DNA of 63,247 nucleotides, filler included, from a bacterium (GTDB lineage Bacteria > JALSQH01), in NCBI GenBank assembly GCA_026985515.1. It is 11 parts of 11 records of this genome, joined end to end, with 100 filler letters (N's around TTAATTAATTAA, not from the genome) between each part and the next. Parts side by side here need not be neighbours in the genome. Positions count along the whole stretch, not along the records: positions 25,435 to 33,830 come from JALSQH010000171.1; positions 33,931 to 43,764 come from JALSQH010000172.1; 9 more parts are not named here. One strand, written 5' to 3'. A model generated the notes under the pieces. The model was not told where the DNA came from, made no database searches, and saw only the letters and a list, made by a program, of their open reading frames with translations. Shown here piece by piece: positions 32,040-41,249 of this stretch (within the stretch, counting starts at the first letter, position 1; each line of letters opens with the position of its first letter). The position numbers and the translations under genes are program-made.

Positions 32040-33830
32040 TTACTTAACCGGTAAGTAATTCAAAAGGCTATCGTATTGACGATAACTTTCTTTCAAAGCT
32101 TCTTTTAATACCTGCCCAAGGTCGAAAGGGTTGCCTCCACCTATTCCATCCAGCCTCCTTGTGGTCATCATTATTTTTGCAGTGGTTTCCGGTTCCCCTC
32201 CCAGTTCGTAAAGTCTTGCATACATCTTACTTATTAACATTGCGCTTCTTAACAACGCCGTGTAGGCAATAATTCCATACTCCCTTTCAAACTCAGGACC
32301 CGTCGCATTGTAAACAAGCTTTGGTACTATCCTCTCATCAAGCATCCATAGTGGCCACATACCCAGATATGCTCCCGCCCGGACAAGTTCACTTCCAGCA
32401 TCAGAATTCTCAATTAAAAGAGCAACAACTTTACCTGAAACATTACTGGAACATACCTCCCCCAGTGCTATCTCTGCAACCATCTTTGTAAGGGTTGAGG
32501 TATCAGGCGATTTAACTATCTCATATAAAAGTGGCCAGCTATCTGTTATCTTATTCCTCCCTGCATAATATATTGCAAGTCTGAGTACCTCCTCATTCAA
32601 CTCAAAATCCAGATCATCCCTCCTCTTCCACATTTCAAGCACTCCACCTGCAAAGCCAACCTGTCCATCTTCGTCCAGACTGAACATCTTTTCATTGAGC
32701 ATATCCTCATCACCTATCACAAACCTTTTGCTTCCTCTACTTCTGTGACCTACCTCATCATAAAACTCATAATCAACCTCCACCACATCCCCAACATCAC
32801 CATAATAATTACCCCTGTACTCCAGAATCCCTCCTGAAAGATAGTCGGGATACAACTCCTCTCCATTCACATAAACATGACTCCTGCTATCATCCACACC
32901 CGTACCTTTGTCTGAAACCCTTACAACTACTTCTCCTTCCCGAAAATATGTTATGGACCCTCCAGGTGGGATCATACCAACAACAGGCGGAAGGGTATCC
33001 ACTACTAATTCAAACGACTTATCAGCCGTCCGGCCATATATGTCTGACACCTCTACCTCAAGTAAAATATGCCTCCCCTCTTCAGGATAAAAAATCCCAT
33101 CTGAATTAAAATATGCTCCAGTCTTGGTAATTGTAAAATATTCTGTGGCATCTTCTCCATCTGCATAGATTCTTACGCTGGAGTCATCTACTGGAGCCCA
33201 GCTGATCCATTTAAGTTTTACCTCAAAGGGTATACTTGTAATATATCCATCAGCAGGTGCAATAAGTTTCACAACCGGTGCCGAAGGATAAAGCCATACC
33301 TCACCTTCCCTTTCATCCTCTCCGAGCTTAAAATCAAATTTACCAAACCTTCCAAAATCAAATTCCACATAATATCCAACCTTAAACCTGTAATAATCCC
33401 TCCCAAACATCACCACTCCACCATTGTCGCTCCTCCCATCCCAGCCAAGTTCCACATCATCTGTCATCTTCTTAAAAAATTTCATTAATTTCTTCTTCTT
33501 GAACTTAAACTTACACTTCCTACCATGTTTCTTCTTCTTACACTTGCAAAAATTATCAGGAAATTCTAAATATTTCTCTTCCTCAAGATGAGCAGTGGAT
33601 GTGGCAGGTACATTAAAAATACCCCCTCCTGATGTCGTAATATCAACACTGTACTTCAACTTAAATGAAATGTGCTTATTCTTCTTCAGGAGGCATCCCC
33701 AGAAAAATAGATACTTGACCACGCTCTCCGCCCTGAAATACACCTGATCCACATCTTCAGGAGTAATATACGCAGGGGATGGTTCCGCCGTTACCTCTTT
33801 GAAATAAACCCACCTGAAATTCCACTTCTT
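32040..33830 (-). CDS. Hypothetical protein with FlgD-like/Ig-like domains and helical HEAT-like C-terminus (5' truncated)
   Basis: Frame open to the spacer; WDGRSDNG (FlgD-Ig-like), DIYGR...VVDTLPP and SDKGTGVD Ig-type motifs; helical tail with ALGEV and VRAGAYLGM. Confidence 0.6.
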   Translation of the reverse strand, partial: KKWNFRWVYFKEVTAEPSPAYITPEDVDQVYFRAESVVKYLFFWGCLLKKNKHISFKLKYSVDITTSGGGIFNVPATSTAHLEEEKYLEFPDNFCKCKKKKHGRKCKFKFKKKKLMKFFKKMTDDVELGWDGRSDNGGVVMFGRDYYRFKVGYYVEFDFGRFGKFDFKLGEDEREGEVWLYPSAPVVKLIAPADGYITSIPFEVKLKWISWAPVDDSSVRIYADGEDATEYFTITKTGAYFNSDGIFYPEEGRHILLEVEVSDIYGRTADKSFELVVDTLPPVVGMIPPGGSITYFREGEVVVRVSDKGTGVDDSRSHVYVNGEELYPDYLSGGILEYRGNYYGDVGDVVEVDYEFYDEVGHRSRGSKRFVIGDEDMLNEKMFSLDEDGQVGFAGGVLEMWKRRDDLDFELNEEVLRLAIYYAGRNKITDSWPLLYEIVKSPDTSTLTKMVAEIALGEVCSSNVSGKVVALLIENSDAGSELVRAGAYLGMWPLWMLDERIVPKLVYNATGPEFEREYGIIAYTALLRSAMLISKMYARLYELGGEPETTAKIMMTTRRLDGIGGGNPFDLGQVLKEALKESYRQYDSLLNYLPVK

Positions 33831-34061
33831 NNNNNNNNNNNNNNNNNNNNNNNNNNNNNNNNNNNNNNNNNNNNTTAATTAATTAANNNNNNNNNNNNNN
33901 NNNNNNNNNNNNNNNNNNNNNNNNNNNNNNTAATAAATGGTCTGAGGAGATCATCAAATTTCCTCAATTCATTCTCCTTTTTCCCGTAAATTATATTGTA
34001 ATACCTCTATCACTGTCAACATAAGGTTTGACAATTGGCGGACCTTGTGTTAAATAATTAG

Positions 34062-34499
34062 ATGATGAAGCGTGATGTTCTGATTTTCTTAATAGTTTTG
34101 CTGTCTTTTTCTTTGTCATCCTGCTGTGGTGTTGGTGATAATTATTACGGGAGGATCTATTTTGAGAATCCATGCATCAGTACCGATTTTACTGGCAGAA
34201 TAGATTTAACAGGCACCAGCGATCTAGGATATGTGGAGGGTACCGGCCAGTCATTTGCCATTAACAGTTGTGGGATTACTTCTCTCATTGATGAATGTGA
34301 AAAGGAGGTGGATCTTTCCTGGGATAAAAGTTATGGTTCAGCTATAACTGTTGAAGTTAAGATATGGAAAAAAGGTGAAACAGATAAAAAACCACTTTAT
34401 GATAGAGAGCTTGTGGTCAAAGGAACAGTAAGTAGCTGTTCCTCCAGTGGAGTGAAGATCAAAATTTCTTCAAAATACTGCGATTTTTTCATTTTTTAG
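34062..34499 (+). CDS. Small Cys-rich lipoprotein
   Basis: LSSC lipobox and several further Cys; TTGACA at 34028 upstream. Confidence 0.65.
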   Translation: MMKRDVLIFLIVLLSFSLSSCCGVGDNYYGRIYFENPCISTDFTGRIDLTGTSDLGYVEGTGQSFAINSCGITSLIDECEKEVDLSWDKSYGSAITVEVKIWKKGETDKKPLYDRELVVKGTVSSCSSSGVKIKISSKYCDFFIF

Positions 34500-34507
34500 G
34501 AGAAAAT

Positions 34508-35713
34508 ATGGGAAAAAATGCTCTTGGCAGAGACCCTTTTGAAATTCTTCAGCAAAGTAATATGAAGGAAGTCAAAACCATTAGAAAAGAGAGGAAGGAA
34601 GTAAAAGCGGCTAAGAATGATAAATATTCAGAAAAGACTGAAAAACAAATTGTTGATAAAAAATTGCAGGAGTTTCAGAGAAAGATTGATGAACTAATAA
34701 GGGAGAATTTTGAGAAAGATCCCGCCTTCGTCAAGTTAAGAAAATCAATAGATCAGCTTGAGAAATTGCTGGAGGAGACTGCAAAAATAGCTGAAGCTGA
34801 AAAGGGAATATACAACTTAGAAAAAAAAAAGCCTTACAGAAAGCTCTCCAGATTGTTGCAGCTGTTAAGCGGTTACTTACCACTTAAGTTACTGTTAAGG
34901 GAATTCCTCAACATATTTGTTTTTACCTCCTATGAAGATATAGATGAATTTGGCTTCAGTGAGTCCTTCAGAAAAAGAGTTGAACCTTTTTTTTCTTTTT
35001 TCTATGAACGCTGGTTCAGAGTTGAAGTTTCAGGACTTGAAAATATTCCCGAGAGGGGAGGAGTCATTCTCGTCGCAAATCATGCTGGTATGATACCATG
35101 GGATGCAGCCATGCTCACCTATGCAATAAGGCATAATCCTCCTTTCAGACAGGTTCGTCCTCTGATAGAGAATCTTTTCTTTTATCTTCCTTTTCTGGGA
35201 GTTGCCATATCCAGACTTGGTGGAGTAAGAGCAAATTATATGAATGCTCTCAGACTCATAAAGAAAGGGGAGATTGTAGCTGTGTTTCCTGAGGGAGTGA
35301 AAGGCTTGGGTAAGCCTTATCGTGAGAGATACAGGTTGCAGAGATTTGCCAGAGGAGGGGTTGCGAGACTTCATCTTGAAACTGAAGCACCTGTGATTCC
35401 TGTTGGAATTGTTGGTTCGGAGGAGGCTCATCCTATTCTATTTTCATCAGAGTATCTTGCTTCAAGATTGAATCTTCCCTTCTTCCCGATAACTCTCACT
35501 TTTCCATGGCTGGGAATAATAGGCTTGCTTCCTCTTCCATCAAAGTGGTACATTACGATAGGCGAACCCCTGAACTTCTCAAAGGAAGTAAGGGATCAAA
35601 AAGATGTGGACGAGGATATTCTTATCAGTAAAATAACAAACAGAATAAGGGAAGTGGTTCATGAATTGTTGTATGAGACCATTAAGAAAAGAAAATCTGC
35701 TTTTCTTGGTTAG
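34508..35713 (+). CDS. Lysophospholipid acyltransferase with long charged N-terminal extension
   Basis: ANHAGMIPWDA, VFPEG and PVIPVGIVGSEE motifs; K/E-rich coiled-coil N-terminus. Confidence 0.9.
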   Translation: MGKNALGRDPFEILQQSNMKEVKTIRKERKEVKAAKNDKYSEKTEKQIVDKKLQEFQRKIDELIRENFEKDPAFVKLRKSIDQLEKLLEETAKIAEAEKGIYNLEKKKPYRKLSRLLQLLSGYLPLKLLLREFLNIFVFTSYEDIDEFGFSESFRKRVEPFFSFFYERWFRVEVSGLENIPERGGVILVANHAGMIPWDAAMLTYAIRHNPPFRQVRPLIENLFFYLPFLGVAISRLGGVRANYMNALRLIKKGEIVAVFPEGVKGLGKPYRERYRLQRFARGGVARLHLETEAPVIPVGIVGSEEAHPILFSSEYLASRLNLPFFPITLTFPWLGIIGLLPLPSKWYITIGEPLNFSKEVRDQKDVDEDILISKITNRIREVVHELLYETIKKRKSAFLG

Positions 35714-38240
35714 CTGGATTGTCCTCCTGTCATTTTTGATTTCAAGTTGCAGTCCTGGTGGAAAGGAGAATCACCGAACTTCTGGTGAACTTGTGGTTAC
35801 TGCTTATCCCCCACCAGGTACCTATCCAAGCAGTTATAATCTGGAGGTAACTCTCTCCACCAACCGGGACGCCTACATCTACCTTACCCTTGATGGAACC
35901 ATTCCAACACCTGGTAGAGCTAATACTTTTGTGGGTAGAGCCCCGGTATATGGAATCCCGATCTTGCAGGATACATGGCTCTGTTATTTTGCAGTTGATC
36001 TGATGGGAGAGCAAACACCAGTAAATTGCATTTATTACCATTTAAAACCACCACCTGTAAGTACTCTGAATCCTCCTCCTGGTGCTTATAATCATCCTCT
36101 TGATGTTACAATTTCAACCGATTCCCCTGCTGTGATTTACTACACCACCAATGGAATGGACCCGGTGCCCGGTGATCCAGATACATATGAGGGAAAGGCA
36201 CCCGTTGTTGTCCATATTCCTCATACTCTAACTTTGAAATATTACGCTGTGGATAATCTTGGTGGTTCGGAAGAGATTCATTCTGCAAGGTACATCATAG
36301 ATACCATACCACCCCATTCCGTTGCAGTTCCCCCGGGAGGAAACTACAGTGGACATGTTTCTGTAACATTGAAAATAACAAATGACATAGGAACTATTTA
36401 CTACACGACTGACGGGGCTGATCCTTCAGAAAAATCTGAGGATCTTTATGCAAATGGGGGGAGTACAAGAATTGGTAAAGTAAAGGTCAGTGGAATAGAT
36501 ATTTATTCATCCACTGTAGTTAAATTTTTTGCCATTGATGGTGTTGGTAACAGGGAATTCCCCCCTGACGCAAATCCTCCGTACAATCAGGAGTTTTATA
36601 TAATCAATGATGTGCCTGTTTTATACGCAAATCCCAGAGGAAGATACTATTCCCGGACTTCCATAACTGTTAAACTGGTGGCTTATCCTGAAGATACTTC
36701 TATTTACTGGGCTCTTGATACCCAGCCAGTTGAAAATGGTAATTATCTCTACACACAGCCCATAAATATCTCAGGTATCGGGGATCACACCCTCTATTTT
36801 TTTTGTGTGAGGAATGGTATTTATACCCTGATGAAAGAAGAGGTTTATCATCTCGGCTATGTAAGACCACCTGAGACCTTCACAGAGGATTTTAAATCAA
36901 CCGATTATGTCGATGTTACATCCTCCACCGGTGTGGTTGTGGAAACAGGTGGTAGTGGGAATCTTCATCTTGATACATATCATGCTGAATTTTTAATGAA
37001 TGTAAATAGTGAGGATGTTGATCTTGATCTCTCCTACTTCAGAAACTATCTACTGGTGGCGGAGAGGTTTGGTGGTCTTGTAATTTATGATGTTTCAAAT
37101 GCAGCTTCTGTCAGCAAAGTTGCCACATTTGATATCAATCCCGGAAATACTGCTACGGGCCCGTATCTCTATGTTGATTCATCAGAGGCACTGAATATCT
37201 CAGCTGTTGCCTATCCTCTTGGTGTTCTCCTGATTGACATTTCTGATCCCACATCACCCCAGATGAAGGCAAATCTAACAGGGCTGTCTCAGGTGTTTTA
37301 TTCACCTCCTGTGATAAAAATCTCCGGTAACTATCTTTATGCAGGAGGTTTTCATAATAATTCTCCAGCGCTCTTCATTTATGATATCAGCAACCCCTCA
37401 TCGCCCCAGAGAGTTGCACTTCTGGAAGGTGTTACGACAGCAGGTATAACTGATATTGAAATCAGCGGGAGCACAATCTATCTTCTTACAGCTGATGGAC
37501 ACATACGGGAAGTTTACGCCGATGATATTACAAGGCCCGTGAAGGGAGTCTCCACGCTGGTTTGCAACAACTGTTCAGGAACAGATATGAGTGTTTATGG
37601 AAACTATATATATGCTGGATATACCGATACTCAGGGAGGGAATGTTTCCATAGTTGATTTTTCAGATCCCGTATCACCTGTGGTAATCAGCAGATCCCTT
37701 CTCTCTGATGGAAATTACCCGGTTAATGGAGTGTCAATTACAGGTGTTCTTCTGGCGGTATCGAATGGAAACAAAGGTGTATGGATTTTTGATATATCTG
37801 ATCCCCGTCACCCTTCAAAGAGGGACCTCATCACTCCATCCATGGCAAAGACACGGGCCTTTGCACCGGGAAGGAATCTTATTAAAAACAATGTGTTATT
37901 CGTGATAGATGCTGCCACAGGTTTCAAAACTTTCGAAATTCCATATAACATTGGACAGTATCTGGTAAATGGTACAGCGTTTTCATTCAATGTTAACCCA
38001 CATGAATACAGCTTAAAGGGTGTTAAGCTGAATGTGACCCAGACTCTTAATGGAGGAAGTGTGGATTACTTTGTTTCGCCTGATGGAGGGTTGAACTGGT
38101 ATGCTATTTCTCCAGATGGGTATGTTGAATTTTCCAGTACCGGGAATGACCTCAGATGGAAGGCAGAACTGCATAGAGGAGGTCCCTGGAGCACCCCTCT
38201 GATTGACTCAATAACTCTTACAATTTTTTATGCAGAATAG
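35673..38240 (+). CDS. Lipoprotein with chitobiase/FN3-associated Ig repeats and LVIVD beta-propeller repeats
   Basis: ISSC lipobox; repeated P-x-G-x-Y...IYYT-x-DG-x-x-P...F/Y-A-V/I-D units; repeated L/I-x-D-I/V-S-D/N-P-x-x-P units. Confidence 0.85.
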   Translation: MRPLRKENLLFLVSWIVLLSFLISSCSPGGKENHRTSGELVVTAYPPPGTYPSSYNLEVTLSTNRDAYIYLTLDGTIPTPGRANTFVGRAPVYGIPILQDTWLCYFAVDLMGEQTPVNCIYYHLKPPPVSTLNPPPGAYNHPLDVTISTDSPAVIYYTTNGMDPVPGDPDTYEGKAPVVVHIPHTLTLKYYAVDNLGGSEEIHSARYIIDTIPPHSVAVPPGGNYSGHVSVTLKITNDIGTIYYTTDGADPSEKSEDLYANGGSTRIGKVKVSGIDIYSSTVVKFFAIDGVGNREFPPDANPPYNQEFYIINDVPVLYANPRGRYYSRTSITVKLVAYPEDTSIYWALDTQPVENGNYLYTQPINISGIGDHTLYFFCVRNGIYTLMKEEVYHLGYVRPPETFTEDFKSTDYVDVTSSTGVVVETGGSGNLHLDTYHAEFLMNVNSEDVDLDLSYFRNYLLVAERFGGLVIYDVSNAASVSKVATFDINPGNTATGPYLYVDSSEALNISAVAYPLGVLLIDISDPTSPQMKANLTGLSQVFYSPPVIKISGNYLYAGGFHNNSPALFIYDISNPSSPQRVALLEGVTTAGITDIEISGSTIYLLTADGHIREVYADDITRPVKGVSTLVCNNCSGTDMSVYGNYIYAGYTDTQGGNVSIVDFSDPVSPVVISRSLLSDGNYPVNGVSITGVLLAVSNGNKGVWIFDISDPRHPSKRDLITPSMAKTRAFAPGRNLIKNNVLFVIDAATGFKTFEIPYNIGQYLVNGTAFSFNVNPHEYSLKGVKLNVTQTLNGGSVDYFVSPDGGLNWYAISPDGYVEFSSTGNDLRWKAELHRGGPWSTPLIDSITLTIFYAE

Positions 38241-38251
38241 GAGAGAAAAAA

Positions 38252-39526
38252 ATGGTAAGCAGTAAATTTCAGAGAATTTTGTTGCTTGTTATTGTAGTTG
38301 TCTTTATGCTGTCCTTCTGTGGAAGAGAGGAAAATGGTGATAGCGGGAACGACAAAAGTACCGGTGATTATCCTCAGGAGTTTGAAATGACTGTCCCGGG
38401 AGATATGGTCTGGGTGAGAACAGATATTGTGATGAATCCCGGTATAAAGGTTGAAATAACTGCAGATGATTTTGACCTTGCAATGGGTGATCCTATTGGA
38501 AGAAGATTTGATCCCGTAAAGATGTTTGGTCATGGTGGATTGATTGGTAAAATTGGTGAAAATGGTATACCTTTTCCCGTGGGTATAAAGAAAGAAATAC
38601 AGGGCAGCAGCCTCACAGAGGGCAAGTATCTCTACCTGGGCAGAAATCTTACTCTTGCCATGCCGTCAGGTTCAACTTCTTCGGTGCTTGATGTTTACAC
38701 ACCTGCCACCGATGCCACAGAAGTGGAACCTGTGGCAACCCTTAAAAGTTATCTTCAGCCAATTGATGTAAAAATAAAAGTAACCAGAACAAATGCTCCG
38801 GCTCCTCTCGCTCCCATTGATAATTTCTGGCTTGAGGATCAATCGCCTACTTTTGACTGGGACGATGTTGACAATGCTGTGCAGTATATTTTTGAAGTGA
38901 GCCAATTCCCTGATTTTAGAAGTGTATTTTTATCTATAAACACAGCCAATTCATCTGTCAATACAGCAACTCTGAACAATACTCAGCAGATAATCCCCAA
39001 TCCCAATAACCAGCAGCAGGCTGTGTTTGTTGAAGGAGTTTACTACTGGAGAGTGAGAGCTCAGCTCAATGTAGGTAGAACCCTTGCTCCTGAATTCAGG
39101 TGGTCCGACAGGAGTGTGGTGTGGAAATTTGGAATTGAGCAGAAACTTTCCATCGATCCCCCTGAAATATTAAATCCTGAAAACAATGAAGAGTATGCAG
39201 AGGGTTCAAATGTGCTCATAGAATTTCTTGCTCCACAGGATGGGAGTGGTTTGTTATGGAGAATAAAATTTTACCATGCAGAATGTGGAAAGGTCATAGA
39301 TACTAAGGAGATCCCACCAGAAAAAGTGTTGCTCTGGAGAGTATTTCAGACCACAATTGATTCTGATGTTATTAATGAACCTCCAAAGAACTATGGATAT
39401 TACCTTGCATCTTCACTTGAGAGGGGTGAATGGCTTTTTGAAGTTCAATTGAGAGATGGTGCTGATCCTGAAGGTGAAAGGATATCCAGTTCACAGGTCC
39501 AGATTACTGTGGGATGCAATAGATGA
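38252..39526 (+). CDS. Hypothetical lipoprotein with FN3/Ig-like domains
   Basis: LSFC lipobox; PTFDWDDVDNAVQYIFEVS...DF...YYWRVRA motif; N-terminal GLIGKIG...PFPVG lectin-like segment. Confidence 0.65.
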   Translation: MVSSKFQRILLLVIVVVFMLSFCGREENGDSGNDKSTGDYPQEFEMTVPGDMVWVRTDIVMNPGIKVEITADDFDLAMGDPIGRRFDPVKMFGHGGLIGKIGENGIPFPVGIKKEIQGSSLTEGKYLYLGRNLTLAMPSGSTSSVLDVYTPATDATEVEPVATLKSYLQPIDVKIKVTRTNAPAPLAPIDNFWLEDQSPTFDWDDVDNAVQYIFEVSQFPDFRSVFLSINTANSSVNTATLNNTQQIIPNPNNQQQAVFVEGVYYWRVRAQLNVGRTLAPEFRWSDRSVVWKFGIEQKLSIDPPEILNPENNEEYAEGSNVLIEFLAPQDGSGLLWRIKFYHAECGKVIDTKEIPPEKVLLWRVFQTTIDSDVINEPPKNYGYYLASSLERGEWLFEVQLRDGADPEGERISSSQVQITVGCNR

Positions 39527-40471
39527 TTATAAGTGAAGGTTAAAGGTATAGCGGGAGTAGACAGGTCTGAAACCCTGTTTAACCCATACGTATTGAGGAT
39601 ACCTGTTGTCAATATGAGTTTCTGTAATAACATAATCAATTCCCAGGTCATAAAAAATTTTTAATCCATAGGACGTTATCATAGTATAATAATTTTTCCC
39701 CCGGCATTCAGGATGGGAGAAATAAAGGAGGAATTCACCTGTTCTTAGGTTAAAAATTTCTTCAAAATCTCTGTCCTCTTTTATTTCTTCAAAAGCCCCT
39801 GCGCAGGGTTTTCCTTTTTCCTCCCTCACCACCAGGGCAAATGCACCACCATCCATGGATTTTTTTATTACTGATTCAGCCCATTTCTCGTAAAGTTCGA
39901 CAGTTATATTCCTTTTTAAAAATGGGTCGACACTGAAACGGTTCGGGTAATTTTTGAAGGAGATTCTGATTAGTTGTTTAATGGTTTCAAGGTCGTTCAA
40001 TCCCGGATGAAAGGCTCTATCCAGATATTTTTCTCTCATATTCATAACATATTCCAGATTCATTTTGTCCCTCTTGAGGAGATAGATGATCTGGGTTTCA
40101 GTTAATATTGCACCCGTATGAGTCAGAGCTGAGATTAAAGGATAGTTCTCAGTCGAAATGCGGAAAATGACCAGCGAACCGGGGTCCAGTGATTCTTTTA
40201 TAATTTTCAGTAATTCCAGACACTTCTTGGAATCAGGACATGAAGCTTTAAAAATATAGTAGGTTTTGTTGCTTAGAAGTTCTGACGCAGGGGAATTGTA
40301 TTCCAGGATAGCCATGTAATTCCTGTTGTTGATAAATATGTTGTTTCTGTCATAACTTTTTTCTTTGAGTTTTCTTTCCAGATAGGTTCTGTATTTTTCA
40401 TGAGAAACCTCGTTAAGATGACTCAAAAGATCGTGCATGAAAAGGTCTTTCACCAATTCTTCTTCAAGCAT
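39527..40471 (-). CDS. GNAT-family N-acyltransferase (WecD/RffC-like)
   Basis: RFSVDP...LYEKWA, HPECRGKN, THIDN...WVKQGFR motifs. Confidence 0.7.
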   Translation of the reverse strand: MLEEELVKDLFMHDLLSHLNEVSHEKYRTYLERKLKEKSYDRNNIFINNRNYMAILEYNSPASELLSNKTYYIFKASCPDSKKCLELLKIIKESLDPGSLVIFRISTENYPLISALTHTGAILTETQIIYLLKRDKMNLEYVMNMREKYLDRAFHPGLNDLETIKQLIRISFKNYPNRFSVDPFLKRNITVELYEKWAESVIKKSMDGGAFALVVREEKGKPCAGAFEEIKEDRDFEEIFNLRTGEFLLYFSHPECRGKNYYTMITSYGLKIFYDLGIDYVITETHIDNRYPQYVWVKQGFRPVYSRYTFNLHL

Positions 40472-41201
40472 TTTTACACATCCTTTCTTTTACAATTTTT
40501 ACATTTTTTTTACATAGAAAAGGAGCAATGTTGCAAAAAGTAATTGAGAAAAAGAGCTTCAATTTCTTTATGAGAGTAAACCGGCTTTTGTCTCTTCTTA
40601 TGTTTACTGGTTTTACCTGATATACAGCTGAATTATGAGAAATCTTTGCAATTGAATAATTTATAAAAAATATTTTTTCACGCTTTAACTTTTCAAATAT
40701 TTCCCCTGTTATCAGCATGCCTGAAATATTTGGAGGTATTTTTGTCCTGTAAAAAAAGGACAGAATATTGAAGATAATTCCACTTAAAAGATGCCGAAAT
40801 TTATCCCTTTCCTTGATCTGAACCCATATAGTATCAAAATTATTTTTACCCATTGATTCCAGAAGGTTAATTAAATCTTCTTCTGAAAGCAAATTATCTA
40901 CTTCCAGAAACAAAACAAGGTCAGGGGGTTCCAGCCATTCTATCAATGTGGCACCAGCTGTATGAAGTCCGTAATTTTTATCGAGTCTTATACCTCCCAA
41001 TTTGCTGTTTTTCTCGTGGAAATCCTCAATAATTTTCCATGTGTTATCCCTCGAACCGTCATCTACAATACATATCTGATAATTATTGATTATCCCCTTC
41101 GCAAGCAAAGATTCTGCTAAAGCAGAGTAATGGTTAATAAACACTGGTAAAATTTTTTCCTCGTTATATGCTGCTGTTAATATTGAAAGATTCATCTGCA
41201 C
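40464..41201 (-). CDS. Glycosyltransferase family 2, ArnC/GtrB-like, divergent
   Basis: LSILTAAYNEE, VDDGSRDNTW and RLDKNYG motifs; EVD where DxD is expected. Confidence 0.8.
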   Translation of the reverse strand: MQMNLSILTAAYNEEKILPVFINHYSALAESLLAKGIINNYQICIVDDGSRDNTWKIIEDFHEKNSKLGGIRLDKNYGLHTAGATLIEWLEPPDLVLFLEVDNLLSEEDLINLLESMGKNNFDTIWVQIKERDKFRHLLSGIIFNILSFFYRTKIPPNISGMLITGEIFEKLKREKIFFINYSIAKISHNSAVYQVKPVNIRRDKSRFTLIKKLKLFFSITFCNIAPFLCKKNVKIVKERMCKNA

Positions 41202-41249
41202 CTTGTTACAATTGTCTTTTCCAACGGTACAATTTTTTCTATATAAATT

